Positions 46,861-59,767 of a stretch of 64,000 bases of DNA are shown here, piece after piece. The notes beneath the pieces were generated by a model, which saw nothing but the letters and a program-made list of their open reading frames with translations, did not search any database and had not been told where the DNA came from. Position 1 is the first letter of the stretch; each line of letters starts with the position of its first letter. The stretch is from the NCBI GenBank assembly GCA_020891255.1, contig BQFW01000011.1, positions 558,001 through 622,000 on the forward strand, read 5' to 3'. Position numbers and translations under genes: made by a program. The stretch is from Entomortierella parvispora E1425. Lineage: Eukaryota; Fungi; Mortierellomycota.

Positions 46861-49800
46861 ATGTCTACGCCAAGTCGCGATCGGCGTCATCGGTCTGATG
46901 CACGCGAGACCCCTTCGCACCGCGCATCCGCCCGGGGCTCGTCCTTGAGTCCAGTTCTGCGCACTCGAAGCACGCTCACGACCCCCGTCCGTCGCTCGCG
47001 TCCTCAGTCCTCACTATTCCAGACACCCGAACCTGCCGAGGAGTTGTCGTCCAGTCGCAACAACAATATCCCCGGTGGCGTTAGTCACTATGATCTCCGA
47101 AATCGCCATAATAGCACCAGTAATAGCGACCACAACGACCATGATAATAGCAATAATACCAACGGCAACAATAGCAACGGTGGACGCCACAGCAGCAACA
47201 TCAGAACACCTAGTCGTACTGGCCATGTTCAACGCAGCATGGTCTATCCAGTGGTGGAAATCCCTACTCATAACCACCGCACACCATCGTCCTCCAGAAG
47301 GAATGTTCCTGCTTCCGAGAGAAACACCATGCCTCCCACCACGCCTGCACGATCAACAACCACAGAAACCACAGAGCCTCGCCAACTACGTCCAACACCT
47401 CAGCGACAACAGCGACAGTTGGAGGGGTCCAGAACGCTGGATAGGCGTCATCCAAATGTTCCCAACGCATATATACCGCGAAACGGCCACGAGGATGACG
47501 CCCTAGACTCTCATATACACCCTCCACATTCACCCTTGGACAGATTCTCAAACAGCCGGGTGAGCACTCCTGCACGGCCTTCTCGGACTCATCCTTCCTT
47601 GGGGACACCTAGTTTTCATCGGAGTGGCGGCAGCTCAGGAAGCTTTTCAGGATCCGGATCCGGATCAGGTCTTCGACATAGTCCCGCAGGAGGTGGAGGA
47701 GTAGGAAGCGTTGGCCTTCCTCTTGGATTATCGTTGACCACGGCGAGCTCACCAGGGAGCAACTCACGGGTGTCTTTCGGAAGCTACGCCAAGTTTGGCA
47801 TAAATGGCCTCGATGGCGCGGATCTGATCTCTGGGGGCTCAACGCCTTATCGACCACAGCACATGAAGGTGATTCCTTCCCCATATACCCAATCACCAGC
47901 GACTTGGCAGGACACAATTCCCTCAAGGATCGTGGCTCCGCAGCCACCACAGCACCTTTCTTCTTCAGCTGGATTTGGAGAAGGAGGAGCACCATTCAAA
48001 TCTGTGAAGCAAGAGGAGGGAGCGGATTCCAGTAGTCAGGATAGCGTCCTTGCTCACGAGAGTAGCAGTAGCTTGGAAGTAGCCGGTGCCGTTGTTGCAA
48101 ATGAGGACCTTGAAGGAGGGGAAAAGCCGCTTATTCTCCATAACGAGGACGACCAAGGAATGGTGAATTTGAGTGAGATGCGAGGTTGGAGAACAGATGC
48201 GATGCATCAAGGATTGTATGACACGGCAGCTTTTTGGGGGGACAAAATTCTCGCCGTCTCTGGTAAGTGCATCTTGATATTATCAAAAAAGAACAAACCT
48301 TGTTACATACGACAACAAACAAACTAAAATTACCTTCTCATGTAGAGGATGAAAATGACATTTTCTGGCTGGCAAGCGCCTTCTTTCAACAACGGGACTG
48401 GGGTCGAGCACTGAATCTGCTGCAGAAACACAACATGATCCTACTCTCCGTGGCTTGTAAACATCTTGCTGCCCGATGCTTGGTAAGTGGAGAGAGTATC
48501 ATAGTATAAGAGTAAGTAGAGGGACGGATTATCCATTTATCTCACATTCGTTTTTCGATTTGATATATTAGTTCGAAGGACAGAAGTACAAAGAGGCTCT
48601 GGAAATTCTTGGATATATTAATGAACAACCAGAAGATGATTCAACAGAGTCAATACCACAAGCTGGCATCAAGGTATGCAGCAGCCCATTTTGAGGTGAT
48701 GGTTATATTATTTCTATATTGGTTTAAACTGACAGCACTTACTTATACTAGCTCGAGGCATCCATGTGCTACCTTCGAGCTCGATGTTTAGAGAAGATTG
48801 CATACATGGACGAAGCTAGAGAGGCTTACAAGGCAGCTCTCCGGATTGACATCAAATGTTACGATGCTTGGAAATGGATGGCAGACAGACATTTGTTGAC
48901 ACCAAAGGAAGGTAGGGGGCTACGGTCATACTAGTGGAAGCTACAATGTGACAAGAGTATTGGTTTCTAGGACGATGAATCTAAATCTTTGATTCTGTTT
49001 TTCGACGATCATGTAGAAAGAGAGTTCTTGGCCGAATTGCAAGTTATAGCTCAGGTCTCCAAGAAGAATGCCGAGTTTGTTAAGCTATGCTACATGGCAA
49101 AACTTCAGAAAGAGGTAATTCCTCCTCCGTCTTTCTCTAGCGTGAATATGAGACGTTATATGTGCTAAACTAAAACTCACCGACCCTACCCTATCATCTT
49201 GTCCACCCTCTAGACGGATCAGGAGCACAGGAAAGTGGAAGAGGAGACGTACACTCAGTTGGCGAGATATTTCCCAAAGGAGAATGTAGAGTTGCTTCTT
49301 GGCAGAGCCGAGTCATTCTATGCCAATGCAGAGTTCAAGGAGGGCCTTGAAATTACAAACAGGTAAACAACTGGTGGTCTCTCTGGTGGTCTTTGAACAG
49401 GTGACCTAAAGAAAATGGTACTCATCCTCATACTTCTCTTCCTGGTGGTTATTCATAGGATTCTCGAACTGGACGAGTTCAATCGTGCCTGCATCCCCGT
49501 TCATGTTGCATGCATGTATGAGCTCAGAATGTCTAATGACCTGTTCATGGCGGCGCATCGGTTCGTGGAAAGACACTCTCGGTTCGCGGTCGCCTGGTAT
49601 GCAGTTGCAGTATACTACTTTTTGATTGAGAACTATTCAGACGCGAAGCGATACTTCTCAAAATGTGTGCTCATGGACCCGGTCTTTGGAGAGGCCTGGA
49701 TTGGATACGGCCATACTTTCATGGCAGTAAGCAAATTTGACCAAGCCATTGAGGCCTATGGAAGCGCCTCTCAAAAGGCTCAAAAGTAAGTGTGGACAGC

Positions 49801-50811
49801 AAGACTTCACTTTTTTTTTAAAAAAAAAAACAAAAACTAATTTTTCTGGTTATTTTTACTATTAGAATACATCTGGGGTCTATGTTCGTCGGAATGACTC
49901 ACCTTCGTCTGATGAATCTGGTTGCGGCGACTCGTTTCTTGATACCCTGCCTCGATCTCTGTAGTACAGACTCGCTACTGCTGAATGAAATCGGAGTCCT
50001 CTATTACCATCAAGGGGAATATGAAAAGGCCATCGAGTTCTTGGACAAAGCAAACAAGTGTCTTGGCAAAGTTCGCGAGAAAAGTCTGCCCTGGGAAACC
50101 AATTGTCTGAACCTTGGTCATTGTTATCGTCAACTTCGGTGAGTTTCATATACTCTTTTTGTAGCTCTTGCCAAAGGGAGCGTTTACTAACTCTTTCTTG
50201 ATTGTCATTCTGAACACTTTCCCAGAGAGTACACAAAGGCCATCGAGTGTTTCAATCGGGGGCTCACTCTGTCAAAAAAGCGAGGTCTGGCCCATTTTGA
50301 TCTCTTGTCCGGCCTGGGATTCGTACATCAAATCCGGGGCGAGAACCAGAACGCAATCGAATGCTACACCCGAGCGTCCCTAATACGACCTGGAGACGAG
50401 ATGGTGTCCGAGATGATGAACATGGCCTTGGAGGACCAGATCCTCTCTGGAAGAGAAAGCGACGCCAAAATATGGGCTCAGAATATGGCCCGGGAAAGCT
50501 CACAGAGGCTTGCTCGTCAAAAGTTGGAACAATTCTCGAATGTGCGAGCAAAGCTGGAGAAGAAACTGGCGACGAGCAGTGGAGAAGTGAATCGGCTTCC
50601 GTATATCAAGAAAGCAAGTGTTGTAGCAATGACTGGAACCAGCAGTGGAGGAGACAGTTATCGGCCTTCATCAAGGATGGCCCTGAATTCAACTTCTGTT
50701 TCTGCACCAAGTTTTCCCTCTTCTCGATCTGGTGTCGCTGGACGACACAATTCACCAGTAGGAGACGATGAAGAAGAGGAGGGCGAAACGAGTGACATGG
50801 ACATGGACTGA
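46861..50811 (+). CDS. CDC16: Anaphase-promoting complex subunit 6 (Cdc16/Cut9), TPR protein with long disordered N-terminus, multi-exon
   Basis: 'WRTDAMHQGLYDTAAFWGDKIL', 'DIFWLASAFF', 'AWYAVAVYY', 'EAWIGYGHTF', 'LLNEIGVLYY', 'NLGHCYRQL' TPR motifs typical of APC6. Confidence 0.88.
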
Positions 50812-51145
50812 AAGGCGCCAGTCGTTCTTGACCGTTGTATGTTTTTGTTGTTTGGAGCTGATACGCCCGTTACTTTTTTGACTCCCAAAAAAATAAAAAA
50901 TAAAAAACGCGGCCGACCCTGTTCTAGCGAAGGAGACAGAAACAGAATCCACCCTATTTTCACATATTGTTTCTAGTGTAGTGCTGCACATGCTTCCTAC
51001 TCCTCGATGAGACATACTTTACACGTCGCGTAGAAATCAGAAGCGATTGTGTTTTTTGGGGTATATTACTACATCTCTTGTGAGAAAGGATGAACTAATT
51101 AGATCGATCCAGCACCTGGTGGTGACTGATTAACCATGTTACCCA

Positions 51146-52100
51146 TTACTTGCTTTTCTCCTCATTCTCACCCTCCATGCCCAACATCCAATTTAAGGTC
51201 TCGGTCAGCAACGGCCTGGATAATGCCCTTCTCGATCTGGGCAGAAGTAATCGCTCACCACTCCTCAAGTCCAACAGAGCTGATGATGTTGTGATGTTAG
51301 ACATGCAAACCCGATATCTTCCGTGCAGGCACATGTCCTCATGGTAGGCTTTGCCAAGCGGGTGCCAGTGTTCTTCTGGATACAGGTGGCACACATGGTT
51401 GAAGTGAAATACTCATCCGCAATTGGCAGCCCTGTATCCCGATGCCAGCGCCTATCATAAGTAGGGAGAAAAAATCAATATGAATGCAGAGGCAGAGAGA
51501 GCGCGGGTACTGCCAAACTCGTGTGTGTTTTACCTTTTGGAATAGACTCCTGAGGAAAGTGGTGTGGAGCGATGTCAAGTTGAATCCTGTCTTGAACTTC
51601 TCATTCCCCAGTACAAAAAGAACCTTCCTGTTTTGGAATGGGAACTCCTTCACACGCCCCTTCACACGCTTGTTCTACCATCCTCATCTCCGAGAGTTCG
51701 AGAAAAACCCATGGTTGCTTGCCCTTGGATTCCTCTTCATCCTTAATATCCTCGACATGAGACACCACGGTTTTGCAGGCTGCCCGACTTGCAGAGCGTT
51801 GAAAGATAATACGGTGGGTTACGTCTCTCCTCGGGTCAGTCCCCGCGAACTTTTCTCCACATGAGGTACGATTTGATGATGACTTCCTTGCCAAAGAATT
51901 GAGTTGACATGGCTAATGGGCTTGTATGGATGAGAAGTCTGGGAACGGGCGGGAGTCAACAACCCCCGGGGACCGACGAGTAACGACCTCCAGGAGAGTC
52001 ACCCGATGACCTCGCAGATTGCATAGCTGGTGTCTGGAGAGTATCAAGTCCTCGGCCATCTCCTTGCGTGCCGGCGGGACGACCTCGTGGATAGTTTAGC
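51146..52100 (-). pseudogene. Degenerate Fanzor (TnpB-like) relic
   Basis: 'KVLFVLGNEKFKTGFNLTSLHTTFLRSLFQK|ALASGY....(fs)ADEYFTSTMCATC...RLAKPTMRTCAC..DIGFAC(fs)NI' parallels the RuvC-II/ZnF/RuvC-III region of the 36-40 kb gene, with an intron (51452-51533) at the same position. Several frameshifts and stops. Confidence 0.65.
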
Positions 52101-52548
52101 TTGGGTCGAAGAGAATCTTGATCGAGGAGAAGCCACCTCCTGGCAGGCCGCCCGACGATTGACTAGACGGTAAAGACTCGTGTTCCCCGCGATTTGACAT
52201 TATAATCACTTCTTGCTCGATGAAGGCGGTCGACATGGCTGAGTGGATTTCAAGGCTTGCTCGATAAGGTGCCTCCTTAGGTTATTGGGTTATTGCCCTG
52301 TTGAGCACTGAGAGTGAGGCGATGGTCTGAATACCATATCCAACTGGGTGTTGGTAAAAGTGAGGATGAAGATTAGTGGAGGTTGGTGGTAGGGATAAGG
52401 GGTGGTTGGTGGTAAGCTAATAGGAGGATGGGGGGCTGCTTCAACATTTTTTTTCGTCGCTTTTTATACTTTTTTTTTTCTTGTCTTGTGGTCCTTAGTA
52501 CCATTTCTGGTGTCCTGATCAAGCCTTAGTGTATCAGTCCCATGGGGT

Positions 52549-54075
52549 TTAAAGTGGTGGAATGGGACTCACAAAACGCCCTTCCTTTATCGCGTTGATG
52601 GCAAAAGGTTCTTTAGCTGTTTGTTGAACCAATAAGAATCGTTTGAATGATATGGTGCCCCTTGCTCTCCATCCATTGTTAGTTATCGCCAGGCCCTCGC
52701 AGTGGTACAATTGGGGATCTAGCAGCAGCTCAAAGTCATCCAAGATCAAAAGAATCTCGGATGGGGTTCGCATGAAATCGTCTTGACCGATCCCAGCACG
52801 CAGCGAAGCTATATTGGTCGTGGAGATAGGATGATTACATTGCTTTTGGCGTGTTGGCGGTGGTGGTGTCGTACTGTTAATTTCGTGTGTGGTGGTATTG
52901 AGGTGCGGCATGTGTGGCATGTGTGGCATGTGTGTAGGGTTGATGGCGAGCATTCAAAGGTAGCTGGGTAGGTGGTCGGGACTAAGAAAGGTGAAGGAAC
53001 CGCATCGAAATCCTAATGAAAAATCGGTGGATTTTTTTTCGGTTTGAAGGACACCTCGGCCATAATTAGGGGACAGACTAGATCTCGAGTCAAGGCTATT
53101 TGTGAGATAAACGGCTTTGTCAGAATCACGCCTGCCAGTTGTCTCCGAAGCCCAAAGAAGGACCTGTCAGTTAAAAGGTTGCCACACATTTTTGAAAAAG
53201 GTGAGGATTGATTCTCCTTGTGGTGCTTGAACATTAATGCAGACAGAGAGCAAAAACTAGTGCAGAGGCACTTTGGTTTATTTTGTCCATAGGGAAGAAT
53301 GCGGCATCGATGTTCATGCCTGTTTGAATGCAGAGCTAATAGCACGAACTGAGCAGATGACAAGAGTTGTTGGATGGTTGACAAGTTGGAGCTCTGTAAA
53401 AGTTCCAGCCTTGGACTCGCAGTTGGGTGGCTTTAGTTTGAGTTCATCGTGTAGAACAGCATACCGTAGCAACGCGGAGGTTGTGGCTCGGGTTCCACGT
53501 TCTTGGCAAAGGTTATCAGAGGACAGCCTGATTGAATGGCTTGCACAATGTCCTTGCTGACAGGCGTTTCCTGGCAAGGAAGCCGCAGGTATCAAAGGGT
53601 GGGTAGACCTGAGCGTAAGAGTGGTACGAGAAAAGAAGGCGGGTAGGCACTGAACAGGCGAGGTGGCAGCTCCAATTTGATGATCCTAGGATATCCGGCA
53701 GCCCGCAGCTGACGAGAAAGTCCTTCAAAGACCACCATCTCTCCTTCAAGGAGCTCTTCTTCTTCCACGACACGTTCGTTAACATTATTTGCAACAACTG
53801 CCACAGATCCCATCACCAAAGAGAATTTCTTGCTGCTGTCGATGCTGGTTGATGAATTCTACCAACATCTTCAAAGCCGTAGATAATGTTTGGCTTCCGG
53901 GGTCGGATTCTCGTCTTCTACATAGATTGACATAGTGGCGCCAGAGAAAAGGATTGAAGGTATCCCTGAAATCTTTGATGGCCAGACATAGCTGAGCAAG
54001 GTCGGATTGGCTCAAGTATTCGGAAAGAAGGTGAACAAGCTCTGCGATTGCAAAGATCTTGGGAATACAGGCCAT
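52549..54075 (-). pseudogene. Disrupted F-box / RNI-like protein gene
   Basis: F-box-like N-terminus 'IPKIFAIAELVHLLSEYLSQSDLAQLCLAIKDFRDTFNPFLWRH'. Downstream coding-like segments lie in shifting frames (53592-53819, 53314-53595, 53013-53384) without convincing introns. The 3' boundary is uncertain. Confidence 0.5.
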
Positions 54076-54339
54076 GCTACGATGTCGCTTCATGATGAAG
54101 AAAGGTAGAATGGAGTAACAAAGCCGTAGACGACAGTTCTATACTTAGAGAGTGGTCAGAGGCTGCAGAAGAGGCTGCAGAAGAGGTTGTAGAAGGAGAC
54201 AAGGACAGGTAACGACTCTGAAGAGGAACAGAGAGAGGATGAGGAAGAGAATAAGGTCCTGGCGCGTTCTTTAGTTTTAATGTACATGTACAATGTGGGA
54301 AGCAACTCCCTCATATTTTCTCCTTGCTGACCGTAGTGT

Positions 54340-57300
54340 TTATAGCCAGCAATCATAGTCTTCGGCCATCTCCAGAGTTGACCGAATCGAGCATTTTGCG
54401 CCTCCGTTCGCAAACCCGAACCAGTACTGGAAGCACGGTTGGGTTGACTTTCGAAAGATGCAGGTCCCGTCCCTCTTGACAATGTTCGGCTGGACATTGG
54501 CATAGCCGTGGGCGAAATACCCAAAGGTGGAATAAGGTGATGAGATGATTCGATCTGCCTGGGCGAGCAAAAACATCTCTGCTACTGCAGTCTGGACACC
54601 GCCAACAGAGTTCCGGACCACAGCCTCGGTTTCGCTCACACTAGACCCACTAGCACCCGCACCATTGGCTCCATGACCGGTCAATGGCAGGGTGGGAACA
54701 TTGCTAGGCAGGCGACGCGACTTTGAATCCAGGTCCGAGAGCTCAATGTCCTGGGCAAGTTCGTTCTCTTCTGATGAGGAGAGGATATCGCCCACAAATT
54801 CTTGATCCTCATCATCCAAAACAAGGTCCCCTGCTCCGCTCCCTTGTCCTGTTCCTGTTCCAGGTTGAGGTGAGTTTGAAAACGGGGATGATGGCTGGTG
54901 AGACTCAAATGTGTTTTCAAGGACATAGAGTTGATCACCCAAAACCTCCTGGAAATGCACTCGCGTGGGTCTGAAATCCGTGGCGAGATAGAACGCGTAC
55001 TTTTTCGTGAACGAACCTCCTCCTTCCTGGGCTCTACTCGCCAAGGATGATGACTCAGAGGCTGATGGCTGGTGACCCTCCTGTACCATAGACCATTTCT
55101 CTCCGCTCAAATTGTCCGAACCCTGCGCCTGCTCTCCAAGCGAAGATGACAAGTGCAACATAGACGCTTGTCTAGCTCTGACCGTCGTTCCAAGTCCAGC
55201 GGGGTTTCGATCCTCTTCTTCCACAACCTGTTGAGCACAGCTCAAGAACGAATTCTCGATCCCCTGCCCAACCGCGTTGTTCTCTGTCCTCCGAACTTGC
55301 AGTCCAATCAATGTCGCGTCCTTGGGGATCCTTTCCAAGACGGAGTCGACCTTCCTCTGTACCTCTCTCGATGGCCTTAACAACTTCTTTGCCAGGATCT
55401 CAAAAGCGTTCTTGCCACCTTCGGGGAACATTTGGCAGAGTTCTTGCCGGTAATGAGGGTTATGTTGGATCACAGGCAGGAACCAATGAGTGGACAAGAT
55501 CTGAATATACTTTTCGTTCGCTTGTGGCAGTCCAAACAAACTTCCTTCGCAGAGCAAATTCGACCAAGTTGAGTCAGGCCCAATGGCGGACCGGAGTGCG
55601 CAGTTGCGACAATATGGGTACCAAATCTCGGGTTTCTTTTTAAAGATTGCATCATCCTTGTGCAGAGGTAGAGTAGTGCTGAGGTCCCAAGACAGATCTT
55701 TGGGGTGCTGAAAGAGATCTGTGAAATTAGCCTAAAAAAAAAATAAAGCTGTTAGGTCATCCAGCTCTCAAAGGTCTTGGACAAAGACATCTTTCTCAAG
55801 CAGTGCATGCAGGGTCTCTGTTGAGATATCGACAGTGGAGAAGGAGGGGAAAAGAGAGGGGAGGAGCACCAGAGCCATGAAAGAGAGCCATTGGCAATCG
55901 GGATCACGTTTGCACGACATTCACCAACAAAAGAACTGTTTCTTTCTATTCCTCGCAGTAGGGGCACCTGACACAGTCTAGATATTCTGTTCACCCAATG
56001 TCTGTCCACATTTGCCTCCGCTCGCCACTCACCCACCTTCTCTGACTTGTCCCAAATGAACAAGTGGAAACGTGTCAAAAGAAACATGGTGTCCATCATG
56101 AAGCAACGCAAATTGCATCCCCAGAAACCGACACGAGGCAAATCAAATTAAACCAACAGGGGCAGCCAAACAAACAAAAATAAGGTGCAGCACTTTCGTT
56201 CTTGTGCAACCTTTTGACTCTGTCCACAAACTTAGCCGCATGTGCTGCCATTGTTGCCTCCCTCGAAAGAAACGTGTAAAACATTCCTCTACATGTCAGA
56301 AAAAAGTTATTCCCGGCTCAAGGGAATGGGATGAATAAATGGGAGGGGAAAAAAAAAGTAGTCAAGCAGAGGGGGTGAGACTGGAGACAGGGATGTCGAC
56401 TTACGTTGCATTGAGGCATTGCTACCCAGTCCAAGATAATCGCCCGCCGACTGACCATTGCCAGTACTACAGAGCTCAGCAGTGCCTGGAGTCGGTTACC
56501 CAATCCGTCATCGGAGGGCTGGAAGATTAAAAACTTCTTGTCCTTCTCTGCCACACCCCCCTGACGCTCTGGAAGCACCATTGTCCGATGGAACTGGAGA
56601 TAATCCTGCCAGTAACCCTCAAAGTCCTGATGACGGGCTGGTGGTGCCCCTCGCATTACCTGCGGCGAGCAGAGTGGTTCCGGATGTTGAATATCAAACG
56701 AGGCCACCGCACGATTAGGATCAAAAATCCGAGATTCGTTTCTCATCGTTACGGGGATCACATAGCTGAGGACCAAAGTCCAAGCTAGCAACAATCGCCA
56801 TCGAATCGAGGTTCGGTGGTTGGTCTTGCTCAAGAGCTGAACCGCATATTCCAATCGTTGACCAACAGTACCCAGAATTGTTCGCCTGGATCCATGAACC
56901 GATCCCGAAAACGCACCCTCTTCCTTGGACTGTGAAATGAAAGGAGAGTTGTTGTTGCTGTGGTGGCTCTTGGTGTTGCCGTTTTCATCGATACCAACAC
57001 CACTGCAGTCCTCAAGATGATGGTTGTTGTTATTGTTGTTGTTGTTGACGCTGTTAATGTTCAGGGGTGAATATTTTGCAAGGGAGGGAGTTGGCGATCC
57101 AGACCAACCTCCTGCGGACATCGAGGAGGTCGACAGAGATTTGTTATGTCGAATTAGCAAATCTCGACGACCATTCCTCTCTTGCTGATATCTTCGTGTT
57201 CTGGCCAGGATCCAGGTCCCAAATGGTGCCAGGAACAGGATAGTGTAGGACCCAATGCACCACCACAGCCAATCGCTCATCAACCTGTTGAAGATGGAAA

Positions 57301-57910
57301 ATATCAGCAAATGGAAGGGCAGTCCCAAGAGGTAGATGGGCAGGATCGGCATCGTAGCCAGGATTGTGAATGACACAAAAAGAAGGAACATGACCAAGTA
57401 CAGCAGGTTGTTGGCGAAGATGTGGTAACCGGGCAGATACCGGATTACATCGTTGAAACTGTCGAGCGTTATCACGCCGGTGGTGAAGATCCAGATCGGA
57501 AGCAGGAGACCCAAACCAAGACCGATCAACAGGCAAGGTTTTTTTGTCCACCGACGTGGCAGAGACGAGAGCAAGACGCCACTGCCATTGCTGCCGGAGG
57601 TACCAAGGAGGTTCATATTCGTGCGACTTCCTGGAGAGAGTGGAGGCGAAGGTGTCTTTGACTTTCGAGAACGACTGGTTGGGCCGTAGGAGGCTTCCAG
57701 GTCGGGAGAGTGGGCGCGCTCGGATTTGGGGGGTTGAAGTGGGATGCTGCTGCTTCTACTGTTACTGTTATTGTTGTCACTGTGGATGCTGTTGACTATT
57801 CTATTACTGTTTTTGTCATGAAGGGTATTGATGTTGTTGTTGAGGATGTTTGAGCCGTTGATGCTGTAGCGGTTGGAGGAGGAGGTGGACTGGGCCATGT
57901 CCTTGCCCAT
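54340..57910 (-). CDS. Membrane-bound fucosyltransferase resembling plant GT37 alpha-1,2-fucosyltransferases, 2 exons (57910-56405, 55731-54340), ~965 aa
   Basis: 'FLIFQPSDDGLGNRLQALLS', 'LIGLQVRR', 'FYLATD' and 'AEMFLLAQADRIISSPYSTFGYFAHG' are GT-B fucosyltransferase motifs. The intron 55732-56404 joins 'PQCN|ANFTDLF' in phase. Confidence 0.75.
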
Positions 57911-58874
57911 CGTGTGCGTGTGTGTGAGTGAATATGAAGGGATGTGTCGGGTGGGCGGGAAGAGAGTTCGAGGGCAGGATCGAGGGAGAGAGTGAAGGAA
58001 AAAAGCAGACAAGGATGGAATGTCGCCAAAGAAAGGACAGTTGAGGGATGAAGAAAAAGAAGAACAGGAAGGAAAAACAAAATAAAATTGGACGGCCGCA
58101 AAAAAGCACTCAGGGAAGTTGTGATGGATGGCGACAGTTCTTTGCCCTTTAGTGTCTGTCTGTTTGTCTGTTTGTCCGTCTGTCTCCTTTTTCGATCTTC
58201 CTTTGCTGCTTTCTCATGCCGTCAGCTGTCAAGACAACAGCCAGACCAGAGGGGTGTTTGACCACAGCACGTCCAACGATTTCAAGACGCAGTCCGATCA
58301 CATCGGCTCTTGCGACACGCACGGTTTTGGATCATCGCGGCTCTTCCCTCTCAGTTGACCACATGTCCGCTCGCTGCCCTTTCATTCACCGAAGCAGTTG
58401 TCCTGCAGATATTTGATGTCAACAGGCCAACAGCTGGCTGGGTGAACCTTTAACAGAGAGACAGGTGGGCATGCCAATCCTTTTTCCAAAATCGTTTTTA
58501 CATTTCTGTGCACAAACAACCTTGATGAACGTTATTTGTGTTTGAGTCAAAGATATCAAAAAAAAAATATCTCAAAAAGCGAGGGCTGACTAGACACGTC
58601 CACTCTATGGAGTTCCCTCTCTATGCGTGGTGGGCTGCGGGCTGCCGTGCGACTGCTGCTGCTTCCTGCGAACGAATTTAGAACTGGCTGCACTTCGTCA
58701 ATGCACTCCCAACCCCCATCGGAAGCCCACCCCCATCTGCCTCTGCATAGCACCCTCATGTTCGCAGCAAAACCGCCTGTCGCCGCTCCACTTGTTTCGT
58801 CAAGAGTCTCAATCGGCTTGTGGGGGTTGGTCTGATTGTTTGAGTTCAATACTGTAATAACCTTCAGGTGAGTA

Positions 58875-58925
58875 CCCTTCAGGTCCAGGCTGTGCGTCCT
58901 CCCTTCTGGTCCAGGCTGTGCGTCC
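58875..58925 (+). repeat. Tandem 25-nt direct duplication (CCCTTCWGGTCCAGGCTGTGCGTCC x2)
   Basis: Copies at 58875-58899 and 58901-58925 with 1 mismatch. Confidence 0.85.
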
Positions 58926-59767
58926 ACAGTGATTTAGAGGATGGCATTTCTCGATATTCTGGACTTCTCATTCAGACGCAAGACGACGGTTTACCCATCT
59001 AAGAAGTGGAGGAACGACTTTTGACCGTGAAGTTGAAGGGTGCAGCTACGTACGAATTCATTGGGACTGTTGTACGTAGTCCCTGAAAAGGTTTCTCTTT
59101 TTAAGGGTCTGGGACCCGCGCCAGCGCATATGTATCATATCATTGCTTCAGAATGAGATCGCCCCTGCCAGGGGTATGAGGTGGTTCCACTTTGGCACGG
59201 GCCATCGATCGGGACCCTTCTCCTGCGGAGAAACGGGGCCGCGACGTACTTGTTCACAGGCCTATATAGTCTATAGTCTTCATAGTCCAGTTTTTTTTAT
59301 TTATTTGGCGGAGGGTTCACTGAACAGGATCGCCCCCCTGCATGACAAGAGTAGCTTTTCGTTCGTTCGTTACCAGCCCAACAGAAAAAGCAAAATGACG
59401 ACAGCAGGGATCATTGAAACAAAACGCTAGCTCGATTGTAAGGTAAGTTGTCCAGGCGCGGCGCTACCCAACATCTCTTTTTCATTATTATATTTTGGAG
59501 GTACGCGGAGGCTGAGGGACGGGGGGGCAAAAGAATGACTGTACGATGACATGGATTGGGAATAAAGAAGCTGGATTACAGACGAGATGAAGTGATAGAT
59601 GCAATAGTGTTTTCGAAGAGAGTGGCTATGGTAATCAGAAGTAAAGTACAAGTGGCCACCTCACCACGCGACGTTCAGCTGTATGGTGAAGGGGAAAGGA
59701 AAACGGACAAAAAGCACAAGAAGAGAAAAAAAGGGGGAAGAGGATGGATGATTCTCTCACTTATCCA

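Noticed and set aside
47640-47670. GGATCC repeat cluster
   Set aside because: Simply encodes a Gly-Ser linker in the CDC16 extension.
51820-51850. 'FAGTDP' as RuvC-I of the second Fanzor relic
   Set aside because: Weak match. The segment near 51979-52010 fits better, and both remain tentative.
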